Origin: Candidatus Omnitrophota bacterium
Lineage (GTDB): Bacteria; Omnitrophota; Omnitrophia; Omnitrophales; Aquincolibacteriaceae
Assembly (NCBI GenBank): GCA_043718225.1
Contig: JAYSWD010000001.1
Span: 49,092 to 113,091, forward strand
Reading direction: 5' to 3'
Length of the DNA stretch: 64,000 nucleotides
Below are positions 28,408 to 36,591 of this stretch, piece by piece (positions within the stretch are counted from its first letter, which is position 1; each line of letters starts with the position of its first letter). A program made the translations under genes and the position numbers. The notes below the pieces were generated by a model. That model was not told the DNA's origin and made no database searches. It was given only the letters and a program-made list of their open reading frames with translations.

Positions 28408-28508
28408 GTATCGATTCCGCTAATTGAAATCATGCTTGCTAGAACAGAGTGGCGTTAATTCCCTGGCAGATGCTTTTATTTTATTTGAAGAGGGAACGCT
28501 CTCACGTT

Positions 28509-30062
28509 ATGATTTCCCCAATGAATTTCACTGCGAAACGCTCGCCGTCCTTTATTTTAATTTTATTTTTTCCGCTTATTTTGCTTTCTGCATGCTCCAA
28601 GAAAAATGAAGTTTCACCTGCCGTAGATACGCTTATTTTAAAAAACGGCGGAAAAATTCAATGCGAAATTATTAAAGAAGATGAAACAAAAATAACCGTT
28701 CAATATCAGGGCGGGCTGGTCGATTTCACGCGCGCGGAAATTCAAACGATTTTGCATGATCAGCAAACCGTGAAAACGGAAGATGGTATTGAGACCTCAG
28801 TTGATCGCGGCGAGACCCGGCTTGCGAAGAATTATCCTTATGTGCGCACAACGGATGGCAAGGCGCATTATGGCAAGAAGCTTCGCAAGGAAGGCGCCAA
28901 TTTTATTTTTGAAAGCGCGGATGAAGCGTCTGAAACGATTCCTCAAGATAAAATCGAAAAAATACTGCTTTGGCCCGCCGCGGATCAAAAAACTTTAAGT
29001 AAAGATTTTCAAAAAATGATCGAGAAAAATCCAAAAAAAATTTACCATTTAGACCCTTACGTTATTTATTCGGATGTGGAATCCTCGGATTTTGTCTTAT
29101 ATCGCAATGCCGTTGAGGGTGCTTATCATCGTTTCATGACTTATTTTTTTGAATTGGTGGATACCGAGCACGCGCCAGATTGGGGGCTGGGCGTAATTCT
29201 CTACGGTAAGTACGAGGATTATCTTAAAAGCGGAGGGCCGCCTAAAACGGCGGGATATTATCGGTCCGATGATCACGTTTTGCGGCTTTACAATGTCCGC
29301 GAAATGGAAATGGTCAAATGGGTTTTGGGAGTGGAAGAAAAATTTGGATCCGAGGTCGGAAAAAAATTAACCAATATCGAGGCTTCAAACAGCGGGGCTG
29401 AAACCGGTAAATGGCGGGCTTATGACTTTTATGAGAAGCTTCAACACGCGGTTGAAAAAGACCGGCTGCGCATCGAACAAACCGCCCGCTCGGAAACCAT
29501 GGAAACAATTCGGCATGAAGGCACGCATCAGATTTTAAATTTATTTGGAATTGACCGGGATTTTCGTGGAGTTTGGTTTTCTGAAGGAATGGCGGATTAT
29601 CTTTCTCCCTCCGAGCCGAATGGGATTGTGCTCAGCCGCATGATGTCGCTTAAATCGGAATTGGAAGATGGGCATAAACTTCTTCCGTTGGATTACATGA
29701 TGAGCATGCCTTCCGGCGGACATATTTATAATTTCAAAGATTTTCATCTTACGGGCCAGTTTTATTCTCAGAGCTGGGCGTTTGTCCACATGTTGATGAA
29801 TCATTATCGCGTGCCTTTTATAGCCTATATGGCGGAGCTCAAGGTGCAGGATAAAAAATTTGATGTGACGCAAGACAAGGCTCTTTTCCAGAAACATATC
29901 GGTAAAAAGCTTTCCGAGCTGGATGAAGAGCTTGAGGCTTATGTCGCTGAACTTGGCAGTCAAATGGATGAAGAGGAGTATCTCTTTTTCAAACATGCGG
30001 GGCTTAGGGGCCAGCAGCAAAAAAAAGACTTTGAGGACTCGATTCAAAACCTGCGGCATTGA
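28509..30062 (+). CDS. lipoprotein with an HExxH zinc-metallopeptidase motif (DUF1570-like)
   Basis: Lipobox LLSAC after the Met at 28509, and IRHEGTHQ as an HExxH motif. The nearest family match is uncertain. Confidence 0.5.
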   Translation: MISPMNFTAKRSPSFILILFFPLILLSACSKKNEVSPAVDTLILKNGGKIQCEIIKEDETKITVQYQGGLVDFTRAEIQTILHDQQTVKTEDGIETSVDRGETRLAKNYPYVRTTDGKAHYGKKLRKEGANFIFESADEASETIPQDKIEKILLWPAADQKTLSKDFQKMIEKNPKKIYHLDPYVIYSDVESSDFVLYRNAVEGAYHRFMTYFFELVDTEHAPDWGLGVILYGKYEDYLKSGGPPKTAGYYRSDDHVLRLYNVREMEMVKWVLGVEEKFGSEVGKKLTNIEASNSGAETGKWRAYDFYEKLQHAVEKDRLRIEQTARSETMETIRHEGTHQILNLFGIDRDFRGVWFSEGMADYLSPSEPNGIVLSRMMSLKSELEDGHKLLPLDYMMSMPSGGHIYNFKDFHLTGQFYSQSWAFVHMLMNHYRVPFIAYMAELKVQDKKFDVTQDKALFQKHIGKKLSELDEELEAYVAELGSQMDEEEYLFFKHAGLRGQQQKKDFEDSIQNLRH

Positions 30063-30140
30063 GTCTGATGCATTTTCGAATCTATAAGACTTTCTTTTTA
30101 TTCAGAAATTAATTTGGTCTTCAAAAAACTTGATTTGAGT

Positions 30141-30178
30141 TTGCTCGGACAGTCCTCGCTTCGCTGCGGAACTCGCAA
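30141..30178 (+). repeat. Family D 35 nt motif (GCTCRRACAGTCCTCG.CTTCGC.TGCGGAACTCGC), left end of a ~410 bp element
   Basis: ttgctcggacagtcctcgcttcgctgcggaactcgcaa, enclosed by the ACTTGATT / AATCAAGT stem. Confidence 0.6.
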
Positions 30179-30513
30179 CTCCCAATCAAGTTTTCTGAAA
30201 ATATCCTCGCAAGTGGGGGTGTAGGCTGTAAGCAGAGAAAAAAGGCTGAGCCACGCTCTTCGTCAAAATGCGATAGAGTTAAATAAAAACGATATCCCTC
30301 GAACTTCAAAGAATTTTCCCATGATCTTTTTTCATGGCGCTGCTGAGCCGCGCCATGAAAAAGTATTATTGGAAACTTCACCAGCTGGTTCGAGGTATTT
30401 AATTAGCAAAAGAACGCGGAGCTTTCGAGTAAGTTGATATGCGCAACTTGTTTCTCCTTTCATAGCCCACATCCCCATCTTTGTTGCTATGTCGTCAGGG
30501 CAGAGGCTTAGCA

Positions 30514-30551
30514 TGCGAGTTCCGCAGGCCAAAGGCCGAGGACTGTTTGAG
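30514..30551 (-). repeat. Family D motif, inverted copy at the right end of the element
   Basis: The reverse complement reads gctcaaacagtcctcggcctttggcctgcggaactcgc. Confidence 0.6.
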
Positions 30552-30651
30552 CAGGCGAAGCTTCTGCTCGGGCGACCAAGCTATTTTATAAAAGAGATTA
30601 TTTTTTGAATACAAGAGCTAGTTACCATTCACTATCCACGAGTCACAATTC

Positions 30652-30672
30652 GCTGCTATAATGACCCCCATG
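30652..30672 (+). promoter_or_regulatory. Extended −10 box TGCTATAAT 7 nt upstream of the second dnaX ATG (leaderless-type arrangement)
   Basis: gctgctataatgacccccATG. Confidence 0.35.
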
Positions 30673-32436
30673 GCAGCCAAAGAATCTCCCAAACCCTCAG
30701 GTTATCTTGTTTTCGCGCGTAAATACCGCCCTCAGACTTTTGACGAAGTCGTCGGGCAGCAATCCACGCTGACAACGCTTAAAAACGCGCTGGCTTCGGG
30801 ACGTATCCCGCAAAGTTTTATTTTCTCAGGTTCCCGCGGCGTCGGAAAGACATCCGTCGCGCGTATTCTCGCGAAAGCTTTGAACGCGTCCGGCGGAGCA
30901 AACCCCGATTTTGACCGTAAAGACGCGGCTGCCCGTGAAATTGAAGAAGGCCGCTCCATGGATGTGCTTGAAATTGACGGCGCATCCAATCGCGGCATCG
31001 AAGAAATCCGTTCCTTGCGCGAAACCGTTAAATTCAAACCCGCATCCGGCGCGTATAAAATTTATATTATCGATGAAGTCCATATGCTCACAACCGAAGC
31101 GTTCAATGCTTTGCTCAAAACGCTTGAAGAGCCGCCACCGCATGTAAAATTTATTTTCGCGACAACTGAAATTCACAAAGTGCCGCTGACGATTCTTTCG
31201 CGCTGTCAGCGTTTTCATTTTCGCCGGCTCACCGCGGATGAAATTGTTGAGAAACTGGTCGATATCGCGAAAATTGAAAAAATCAAATGCGACAAAGACG
31301 CACTTTATTTAATCGCGCGCGCGAGTGACGGAGCGCTGCGTGACGCTGAAAGCCTGCTGGATCAAATTTCCAGTTTTTCCGACGGTGAAATTAAAGAAGA
31401 ATCCGTTCTGACATTGCTCGGAATTGCCTCCGACAAAATCAATGAAACTCTGATCGAAGCGGTGAAGGCGCGCAGCGGCCAGGATATTTTGGCCGTGATT
31501 CAATCTTTTTATGAAAGTGGCGGCGACTTGCTTCAGCTTTCGCGCGGATTTTTTGAAATTTTAAGGCATTTGCTTGTGCTGCAGCATGTCAAAGACACAC
31601 AGGGTTTAATCGAAGCGGGACCCGCGATGCTTGAAATGTTGAAAAAACATAAAGCCTCTTTTAGCGAAGCCGAAATTTTACTCGGCCTTGCCATCTTCCA
31701 AAACCTGCAGGCTGATTTGCGCCGGCCCGTAACCGCGCCGCGCTTCATGGTTGAAGCCGCTTTTTTAAAATTGATTTATGCCGACGGCATGCGTTCCGTA
31801 AACGAACTGATTTCTAATTTCTCCCTGCCTGCCGCCCGGCCGGTGAGCGAGCCGCAACCGGCAATACCAAAACGAAATATTTCTTCTGCTCCGGCTCAGC
31901 AAAACGTTCCACAGCCGCCGATTAAATCTCAGTCTGTCGCTCCGGTAAAACCTTCAACATACAATGAACCCAAAGCGCAGATCCAACCTAGGGTTGGTGG
32001 CTCGGGAACAGAGACGCTGGTTGCGCCTTTGGCGCAGAAGCAAAATGAAATAGCAATTGAACAGGTTAAGACGGCTTGGCCGAACGTGATTGAATCCGTC
32101 AAACAAAAGCGCATGTCCACCGGCATTTTTCTTTCCGAGGCCGAACCTGTCGAAGTAGATGACACTGTGATTATTTTAGGGCTTCCCGAAGAGTTTAAAT
32201 TTCATAAGGAGAGCCTTGAAAAAGATAACAATAAAAAACTGGTCGAAGATTGTTTTTCAGAAAGTATCGGAACCAAAGTCCGCGTGCGTTTTGTCGTGAC
32301 ACAGCAAGCTGCCGTCGAAAGACCGGCACCCCGGCCCGTGACGCTTCCTTCGGAGTCCGAAAAACGGGAGCTGCCAGATATTATTACGAAAGCGCTGGAT
32401 GTTTTTGACGGCGCTAAAATCGTTCGTGCTGAATAA
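30661..32436 (+). CDS. dnaX: DNA polymerase III subunit gamma/tau
   Basis: AAA+ clamp-loader motifs (GSRGVGKTS, DEVHMLT, SRCQRF). The start may be the second ATG at 30670. Confidence 0.9.
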   Translation: MTPMAAKESPKPSGYLVFARKYRPQTFDEVVGQQSTLTTLKNALASGRIPQSFIFSGSRGVGKTSVARILAKALNASGGANPDFDRKDAAAREIEEGRSMDVLEIDGASNRGIEEIRSLRETVKFKPASGAYKIYIIDEVHMLTTEAFNALLKTLEEPPPHVKFIFATTEIHKVPLTILSRCQRFHFRRLTADEIVEKLVDIAKIEKIKCDKDALYLIARASDGALRDAESLLDQISSFSDGEIKEESVLTLLGIASDKINETLIEAVKARSGQDILAVIQSFYESGGDLLQLSRGFFEILRHLLVLQHVKDTQGLIEAGPAMLEMLKKHKASFSEAEILLGLAIFQNLQADLRRPVTAPRFMVEAAFLKLIYADGMRSVNELISNFSLPAARPVSEPQPAIPKRNISSAPAQQNVPQPPIKSQSVAPVKPSTYNEPKAQIQPRVGGSGTETLVAPLAQKQNEIAIEQVKTAWPNVIESVKQKRMSTGIFLSEAEPVEVDDTVIILGLPEEFKFHKESLEKDNNKKLVEDCFSESIGTKVRVRFVVTQQAAVERPAPRPVTLPSESEKRELPDIITKALDVFDGAKIVRAE

Positions 32437-32437
32437 C

Positions 32438-32525
32438 GGTGACAAGGTGACATGTGACAAGTGACCGAAATAAAAAATCGAGCGATATCTTTTATCCGTC
32501 ACCCGTCATCCGTCACCCGTCACTT
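32438..32525. promoter_or_regulatory. Mirrored arrays of four GTGAC(A) direct repeats at 8 bp period filling the dnaX-recR spacer
   Basis: ggtgacaaggtgacatgtgacaagtgacc, then a central ATAAAA..gatatc..TTTTAT palindrome, then ccgtcacccgtcatccgtcacccgtcac. Confidence 0.5.
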
Positions 32526-32530
32526 CTCTT

Positions 32531-33130
32531 ATGAAGGCATATCACGATACTTTAAATGAACTGATCGAAGCCATTGCCGAACTGCCCGGCCTCGGGAAGC
32601 GTTCGGCCGAGCGTATCGCGATGTATCTGTTGAAAGCGGAGAAAAGCGAATGCCTGCGCCTTTCCGAATTAATTATACAGCTGCGCGACAAAACTCAATT
32701 TTGCAAAATCTGCAATCATTACAGCGACGGCGAGATTTGTCCGGTTTGCGCTGACCCGAGCCGCGACACAGGCCTGATTTGTGTTGTGGAAGATCCGCGT
32801 GATTTAATCGCGCTTGAAAAGACCGGAACTTATTCGGGGCAGTACCATGTTTTGCTCGGCGTGATTTCGGCTTTGGACGGTATCGGACCCGAAGAGATTC
32901 AGCTCGCGGGGCTTTTAGAGCGCGTCAAGAAAGGTAAAATCCGCGAAGTCATTCTAGCGACGAATCCCAACACCGAAGGCGACACGACCGCTTTCTATAT
33001 CACAAAGATTTTAAAACCGCTCGGCATTAAAACTACGCGCATCGCCCGCGGAGTGCCGGTGGGCAATCATCTCGAATATACCGATGCCGCGACTTTATCC
33101 CGCGCCCTCGAAGGCCGAGTGACAGCTTGA
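32531..33130 (+). CDS. recR: recombination protein RecR
   Basis: C4 zinc finger (CKICNHYSDGEICPVC) plus Toprim domain. No ybaB-like gene lies between dnaX and recR. Confidence 0.9.
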   Translation: MKAYHDTLNELIEAIAELPGLGKRSAERIAMYLLKAEKSECLRLSELIIQLRDKTQFCKICNHYSDGEICPVCADPSRDTGLICVVEDPRDLIALEKTGTYSGQYHVLLGVISALDGIGPEEIQLAGLLERVKKGKIREVILATNPNTEGDTTAFYITKILKPLGIKTTRIARGVPVGNHLEYTDAATLSRALEGRVTA

Positions 33131-33139
33131 AGACCGCTG

Positions 33140-33245
33140 AAAAAAGTCATTTGCCGCGTTGCAAACCTCGCTTCCTCCCGCGATGTATTACCGAATACAC
33201 CTTGGTCGGGCGCTTGTTTGCGCCTTGCAACTGATCTTTTTTGAT
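33140..33245 (+). repeat. Family B repeat
   Basis: Copy after recR: ttgccgcgttgcaaa ... cttcctcccgcgatgtattaccgaatacacc ... tgcgccttgca ... cttttttga. Confidence 0.75.
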
Positions 33246-33282
33246 CAGTCTTTCCAAAATGAGGTTTTAAAAAGGAGATTTT

Positions 33283-33837
33283 GTGAAAAAAACAGCGGTT
33301 TTTATTTTAATGGTAATCGCTGGCATGTCTTTGGCATGGGCGCAAGAAACAACAGAAGAGTGGACCGCGGCAAGAATGGAATATGCCAAATCAAAAAACT
33401 ATAATTCACTTATCCAGAGCAGCTCAGAGAGAAAGGCAGTGATGGAGGCCTTTAAAGCCGAAGATTATGAAAAAACAATTAATTTAGGGTTGAAATGGCT
33501 GGAAAAAAATCCGACAGATATTAGAGGGCTGCATGTTGTCGGAGTTTCATACGATAAATTGGGAAAAATAGAAGAAGCTAAAAAATATTTGAATAACCGC
33601 AACAAAATCTGCGATTCAATCGCCGCTTCAGGTGACGGGCGTACGCTCGAAACCGCTTTTTTAATGTTATCAACTGCAGAAGTCCATGATTTTATAAATA
33701 TTCTTGGCGCTCAAAACTGTAAATACGTTTTGCAGCCAGGCGGCGGTGATCGGGCTGATTGTAATACTCCCGAGGGCCGTGAGATTTCTATCTATTTCAA
33801 ATATATTTCCGAATATTGGTCGGGCTTACTGAGATAA
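33283..33837 (+). CDS. hypothetical secreted protein (184 aa)
   Basis: Signal peptide MKKTAVFILMVIAGMSLAWA, a TPR-like helical region and a Cys-containing C-terminus. Confidence 0.5.
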   Translation: MKKTAVFILMVIAGMSLAWAQETTEEWTAARMEYAKSKNYNSLIQSSSERKAVMEAFKAEDYEKTINLGLKWLEKNPTDIRGLHVVGVSYDKLGKIEEAKKYLNNRNKICDSIAASGDGRTLETAFLMLSTAEVHDFINILGAQNCKYVLQPGGGDRADCNTPEGREISIYFKYISEYWSGLLR

Positions 33838-33855
33838 TTCAAATTAAGGAAAAGA

Positions 33856-34650
33856 ATGAAGTCTTTTGAAGGTAAGACAGTTTTAATTACGGGCGCGTCT
33901 TCGGGTATCGGAAAAGTTTTCGCGGAAAAGTTCGCGGCATCCAAAGCCAAAATTTTATTGACTGCGCGCCGCGAAGACAGGCTCCATCAATTATCCAAAG
34001 ATTTATCCGCGCGTTACGGTGTTGAAGTTCATTATTTAAAAGCTGATTTGTGCGCCGCGGACGCGCCGCGGCAGATTTATGAATGGTCGAAATCCGGAAA
34101 TTTTAAAGTGGACCTGCTCGTGAATAACGCGGGCTTCGGACGTTACGGCCGCTTTGACGAAATGCCGGCGGAGGAACTGCAGGCGATGATGCAGGTGAAT
34201 ATTCAGTCGCTTGTCTGGCTGACGCGCCTTTATTTGCCCGAAATTAAATCACGCAAGGGCGGTATTATTCAAATTGCTTCTACAGCAGCCTTTCAGCCGC
34301 TGCCGTATCTCGCGCTGTATGCTGCGACGAAATCATTCGTTAAAAGTTTTTCCGAAGCGATTTGGTCCGAAAACCGCGACGTGCGGATTTTCTGTTTATG
34401 TCCCGGCAACACGCAGTCGGAGTTTCACGATCTTGCGGGAATTCATCAGAAAAAAGTTTTTTTGCGCGCTTCGACTGAAGACCTTGTCCAGTACGGGCTC
34501 AATAAATTTTTAAATTCAAACAACCCCACAGGAGTTCACGGATGGGCCAATGCCGGCGTGGCCTTTTCCAACCGCTTGATTCATACGCGGCTTGGGCTTT
34601 GGGTTGCGCGTAAAATCTATGAAATCCGCACGGAAAATAAGCAGAAATAG
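33856..34650 (+). CDS. short-chain dehydrogenase/reductase (SDR)
   Basis: TGASSGIG Rossmann motif, NNAG and a YxxxK-type catalytic region. Confidence 0.85.
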   Translation: MKSFEGKTVLITGASSGIGKVFAEKFAASKAKILLTARREDRLHQLSKDLSARYGVEVHYLKADLCAADAPRQIYEWSKSGNFKVDLLVNNAGFGRYGRFDEMPAEELQAMMQVNIQSLVWLTRLYLPEIKSRKGGIIQIASTAAFQPLPYLALYAATKSFVKSFSEAIWSENRDVRIFCLCPGNTQSEFHDLAGIHQKKVFLRASTEDLVQYGLNKFLNSNNPTGVHGWANAGVAFSNRLIHTRLGLWVARKIYEIRTENKQK

Positions 34651-34702
34651 AGCTTAAACATTGATTCTGAGACTCGTCTTGATTAGAATACCGCTCTCTT
34701 GC

Positions 34703-34773
34703 GCGGGTATTGCTTAATGGTAAAGCGCTAGCCTTCCAAGCTAGTTATGAGGGTTCGATTCCCTCTACCCGCT
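34703..34773 (+). tRNA. tRNA-Gly (anticodon TCC)
   Basis: Acceptor GCGGGTA/TACCCGC, anticodon loop CTTCCAA, T-arm GAGGGTTCGATTCCCTC. Confidence 0.8.
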
Positions 34774-34897
34774 CTCGGTTTCTAAAAAGAACCGTCTGCT
34801 GCGTTATCACCTTCGCTCCCTTGTGCGGAGTAATTAGCATTACACCTCCGCGATCGCTCGGCGACGCCTTGCATTCAGGCTCTTTTGAGAAACCGAG
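34774..34897 (+). repeat. Family B repeat directly after tRNA-Gly, enclosed by a 20 bp inverted repeat (ctcggtttctaaaaagaaccg / ggctcttttgagaaaccgag)
   Basis: tctgctgcgttatcaccttcgctcccttgtgcgg ... cacctccgcg ... cgccttgcattca. Confidence 0.7.
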
Positions 34898-34900
34898 CGG

Positions 34901-35068
34901 ATAACGGGGGAATCGAACGGGAGGCGCGATTAGTTTTAATGATTTAGTATGAAAAAATCTGACTTAATGTCAGATTTTTTTGTGATAAATGCGTTATGAG
35001 CGCCGGGAGGCGAGTCGAAGTAAGTGCGGCGACTAGCCGGCACGAATGAAGACCGCTCGATTCCTTGT
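34901..35068 (+). repeat. Family C element downstream of tRNA-Gly
   Basis: Blocks gggggaatcgaac, aaaatctgacttaatgtcagatttttt and agtgcggcgactagccggcacgaatgaag. It ends ..cgattcc. Confidence 0.6.
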
Positions 35069-35151
35069 GTTTTTAATCACTTAAAAAATGATCTAACCCA
35101 TTCATATTAAATGACTTCCAGCTTGAATACAAGGCCTGCCTGAGCCATTCT

Positions 35152-35179
35152 TTGACTTTTGACCTGAAAAACCTATAAT
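35152..35179 (+). promoter_or_regulatory. Sigma70-like promoter of the nusA-infB operon (TTGACT-16-TATAAT)
   Basis: TTGACT at 35152 and TATAAT at 35174. Confidence 0.45.
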
Positions 35180-35246
35180 AACCCCGTTTTGACGCCCGAA
35201 AACTACTAGGGCGAACGCAGTCATTTTAATGTTTTAGATTTTGATA

Positions 35247-35278
35247 AGAAGTGGGCTTTGACCCACTTCTTTTTTTTC
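35247..35278 (+). terminator. Leader hairpin plus T-run between the promoter and nusA (attenuator-like)
   Basis: agaagtgggctttgacccacttcttttttttt: a 9 bp stem followed by T8, 43 nt before the nusA ATG. Confidence 0.5.
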
Positions 35279-35320
35279 CGCTGAAAGTGTTTTGTTCGCT
35301 TTGCGAACCGGGGAGCATGT

Positions 35321-36586
35321 ATGTCGCAGGAGCTTTTGTCATCGTTGGAATATATCGAAAAAGAAAAGGGCGTTTCGCGCGAAGTCCTTTTTGACGCGAT
35401 TCGTCACGCCTTAATTTCCGCTTTACGTAAATCTTTTCCACAGTACGGCGAAGATTTTGACGTGCAAATCGATCCTCAAACGATGCGCATTCAATTATTG
35501 CGCGCCGGAAAACCTTTTCAAGATCCGCATTTCGGGCGCATCGCCGCACAAACCGCGAAGCAGGTCATCATTCAGAAAATCCGCGAAGCACAGCGGGATT
35601 CTATTTTTGATGAATTTACCGCGAAGCAAGGCGATATCGTGAACGGTACCGTTCATCGCGTGGACGCGCGCGCCATTGTTGTGGACTTCGGAAAAACTGA
35701 AGGAATTCTGCCTGCCCGTGAAATGTCCCCGGCGGATCAATACCGCCAAGGCAATGTCATCCGCGCTTTTGTGCTCGAAGTGAATCGTACGCCGCGCGGC
35801 CCGGAAATCATTCTTTCTCGCACGCATCCTGATTTCGTAAAAAAACTTTTTGAGCTCGAAGTTCCCGAAATCGCGGACAAACTTGTTTTGATTAAGGGCG
35901 TCGCGCGTGAGGCGGGCTCGCGCAGCAAGGTCGCCGTTGTTTCTTCGGATCCCAAAATCGACTGCGTTGGTTCCTGTGTGGGCGTACGCGGGCAGCGCGT
36001 GAAGAATATCGTGCGCGAACTGGAAGGCGAAAAAATTGATATTGTTCCGTACTCCGAAAAAATCGAAGAATTTATTAAAAGCGCGATGTCGCCGGCGGAA
36101 ATTTTTGAAATGAAACTTGACCGTCAGCGGCTAGTTGCCGACTTGCTTGTTAAAGATGACCAGCTTTCGCTGGCGATTGGAAAGCGGGGACAAAATGTGC
36201 GCCTTGCTTCCAAACTTGTGGGATGGACGATTGATGTTCGCAGCGAAGGCCAGCGCGCGGCTCTGGACGTGCTGCCCGGAATTGATGCCGCGGTGATTCA
36301 AACATTGAAGGCCGGCGGAATTTTATCTATCAAAGATGTTTTGAAGTCATCTCCCGAACAGCTGTCGCAGATTGCCGGGCTCGACTTGGCAACCGCGCAA
36401 AAAATTTTACAAGCCGCGGAAGCAACCAAGGCCGTAAAAGTTGAACCGGAAAAAGAAATACCAGTCGCAACTGAAAATATTGATGCGGTATCCGAAAATG
36501 AAAGTCCCGCTGTGGACAGTCAGCCCGAAGCAGAGAAGCCGTCTCATTCTTCCTCTGAGCCCTTGGCTCAACCGGATAAGGACTAA
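35321..36586 (+). CDS. nusA: transcription termination/antitermination factor NusA, C-terminal tail ending in a Family A repeat
   Basis: NusA N-terminal, S1 and two KH domains. The tail ..SSEPLAQPDKD is encoded by the CTCTGAGC..GCTCAACCGG element. Confidence 0.9.
   Translation: MSQELLSSLEYIEKEKGVSREVLFDAIRHALISALRKSFPQYGEDFDVQIDPQTMRIQLLRAGKPFQDPHFGRIAAQTAKQVIIQKIREAQRDSIFDEFTAKQGDIVNGTVHRVDARAIVVDFGKTEGILPAREMSPADQYRQGNVIRAFVLEVNRTPRGPEIILSRTHPDFVKKLFELEVPEIADKLVLIKGVAREAGSRSKVAVVSSDPKIDCVGSCVGVRGQRVKNIVRELEGEKIDIVPYSEKIEEFIKSAMSPAEIFEMKLDRQRLVADLLVKDDQLSLAIGKRGQNVRLASKLVGWTIDVRSEGQRAALDVLPGIDAAVIQTLKAGGILSIKDVLKSSPEQLSQIAGLDLATAQKILQAAEATKAVKVEPEKEIPVATENIDAVSENESPAVDSQPEAEKPSHSSSEPLAQPDKD
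36553..36576 (+). repeat. Family A repeat, in the nusA C-terminal tail
   Basis: cctctgagcccttggctcaaccgg. Confidence 0.75.
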
Positions 36587-36591
36587 TTATT

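Noticed and set aside
28160-28420. tmRNA, RNase P RNA or SRP RNA downstream of tRNA-Ser
   Set aside because: There is no GGGG..tRNA-like 5' end with a tag reading frame, no RNase P P4 motifs (GGAAAGTCCGG / ACAGAACCCGGCTTA), and no SRP GGAAGCAGCC motif.
32437-32530. DnaA-box cluster in the dnaX-recR spacer
   Set aside because: ttatccgtc matches the TTATCCACA consensus at only 6 of 9 positions, and the repeating unit is GTGAC rather than a DnaA box.
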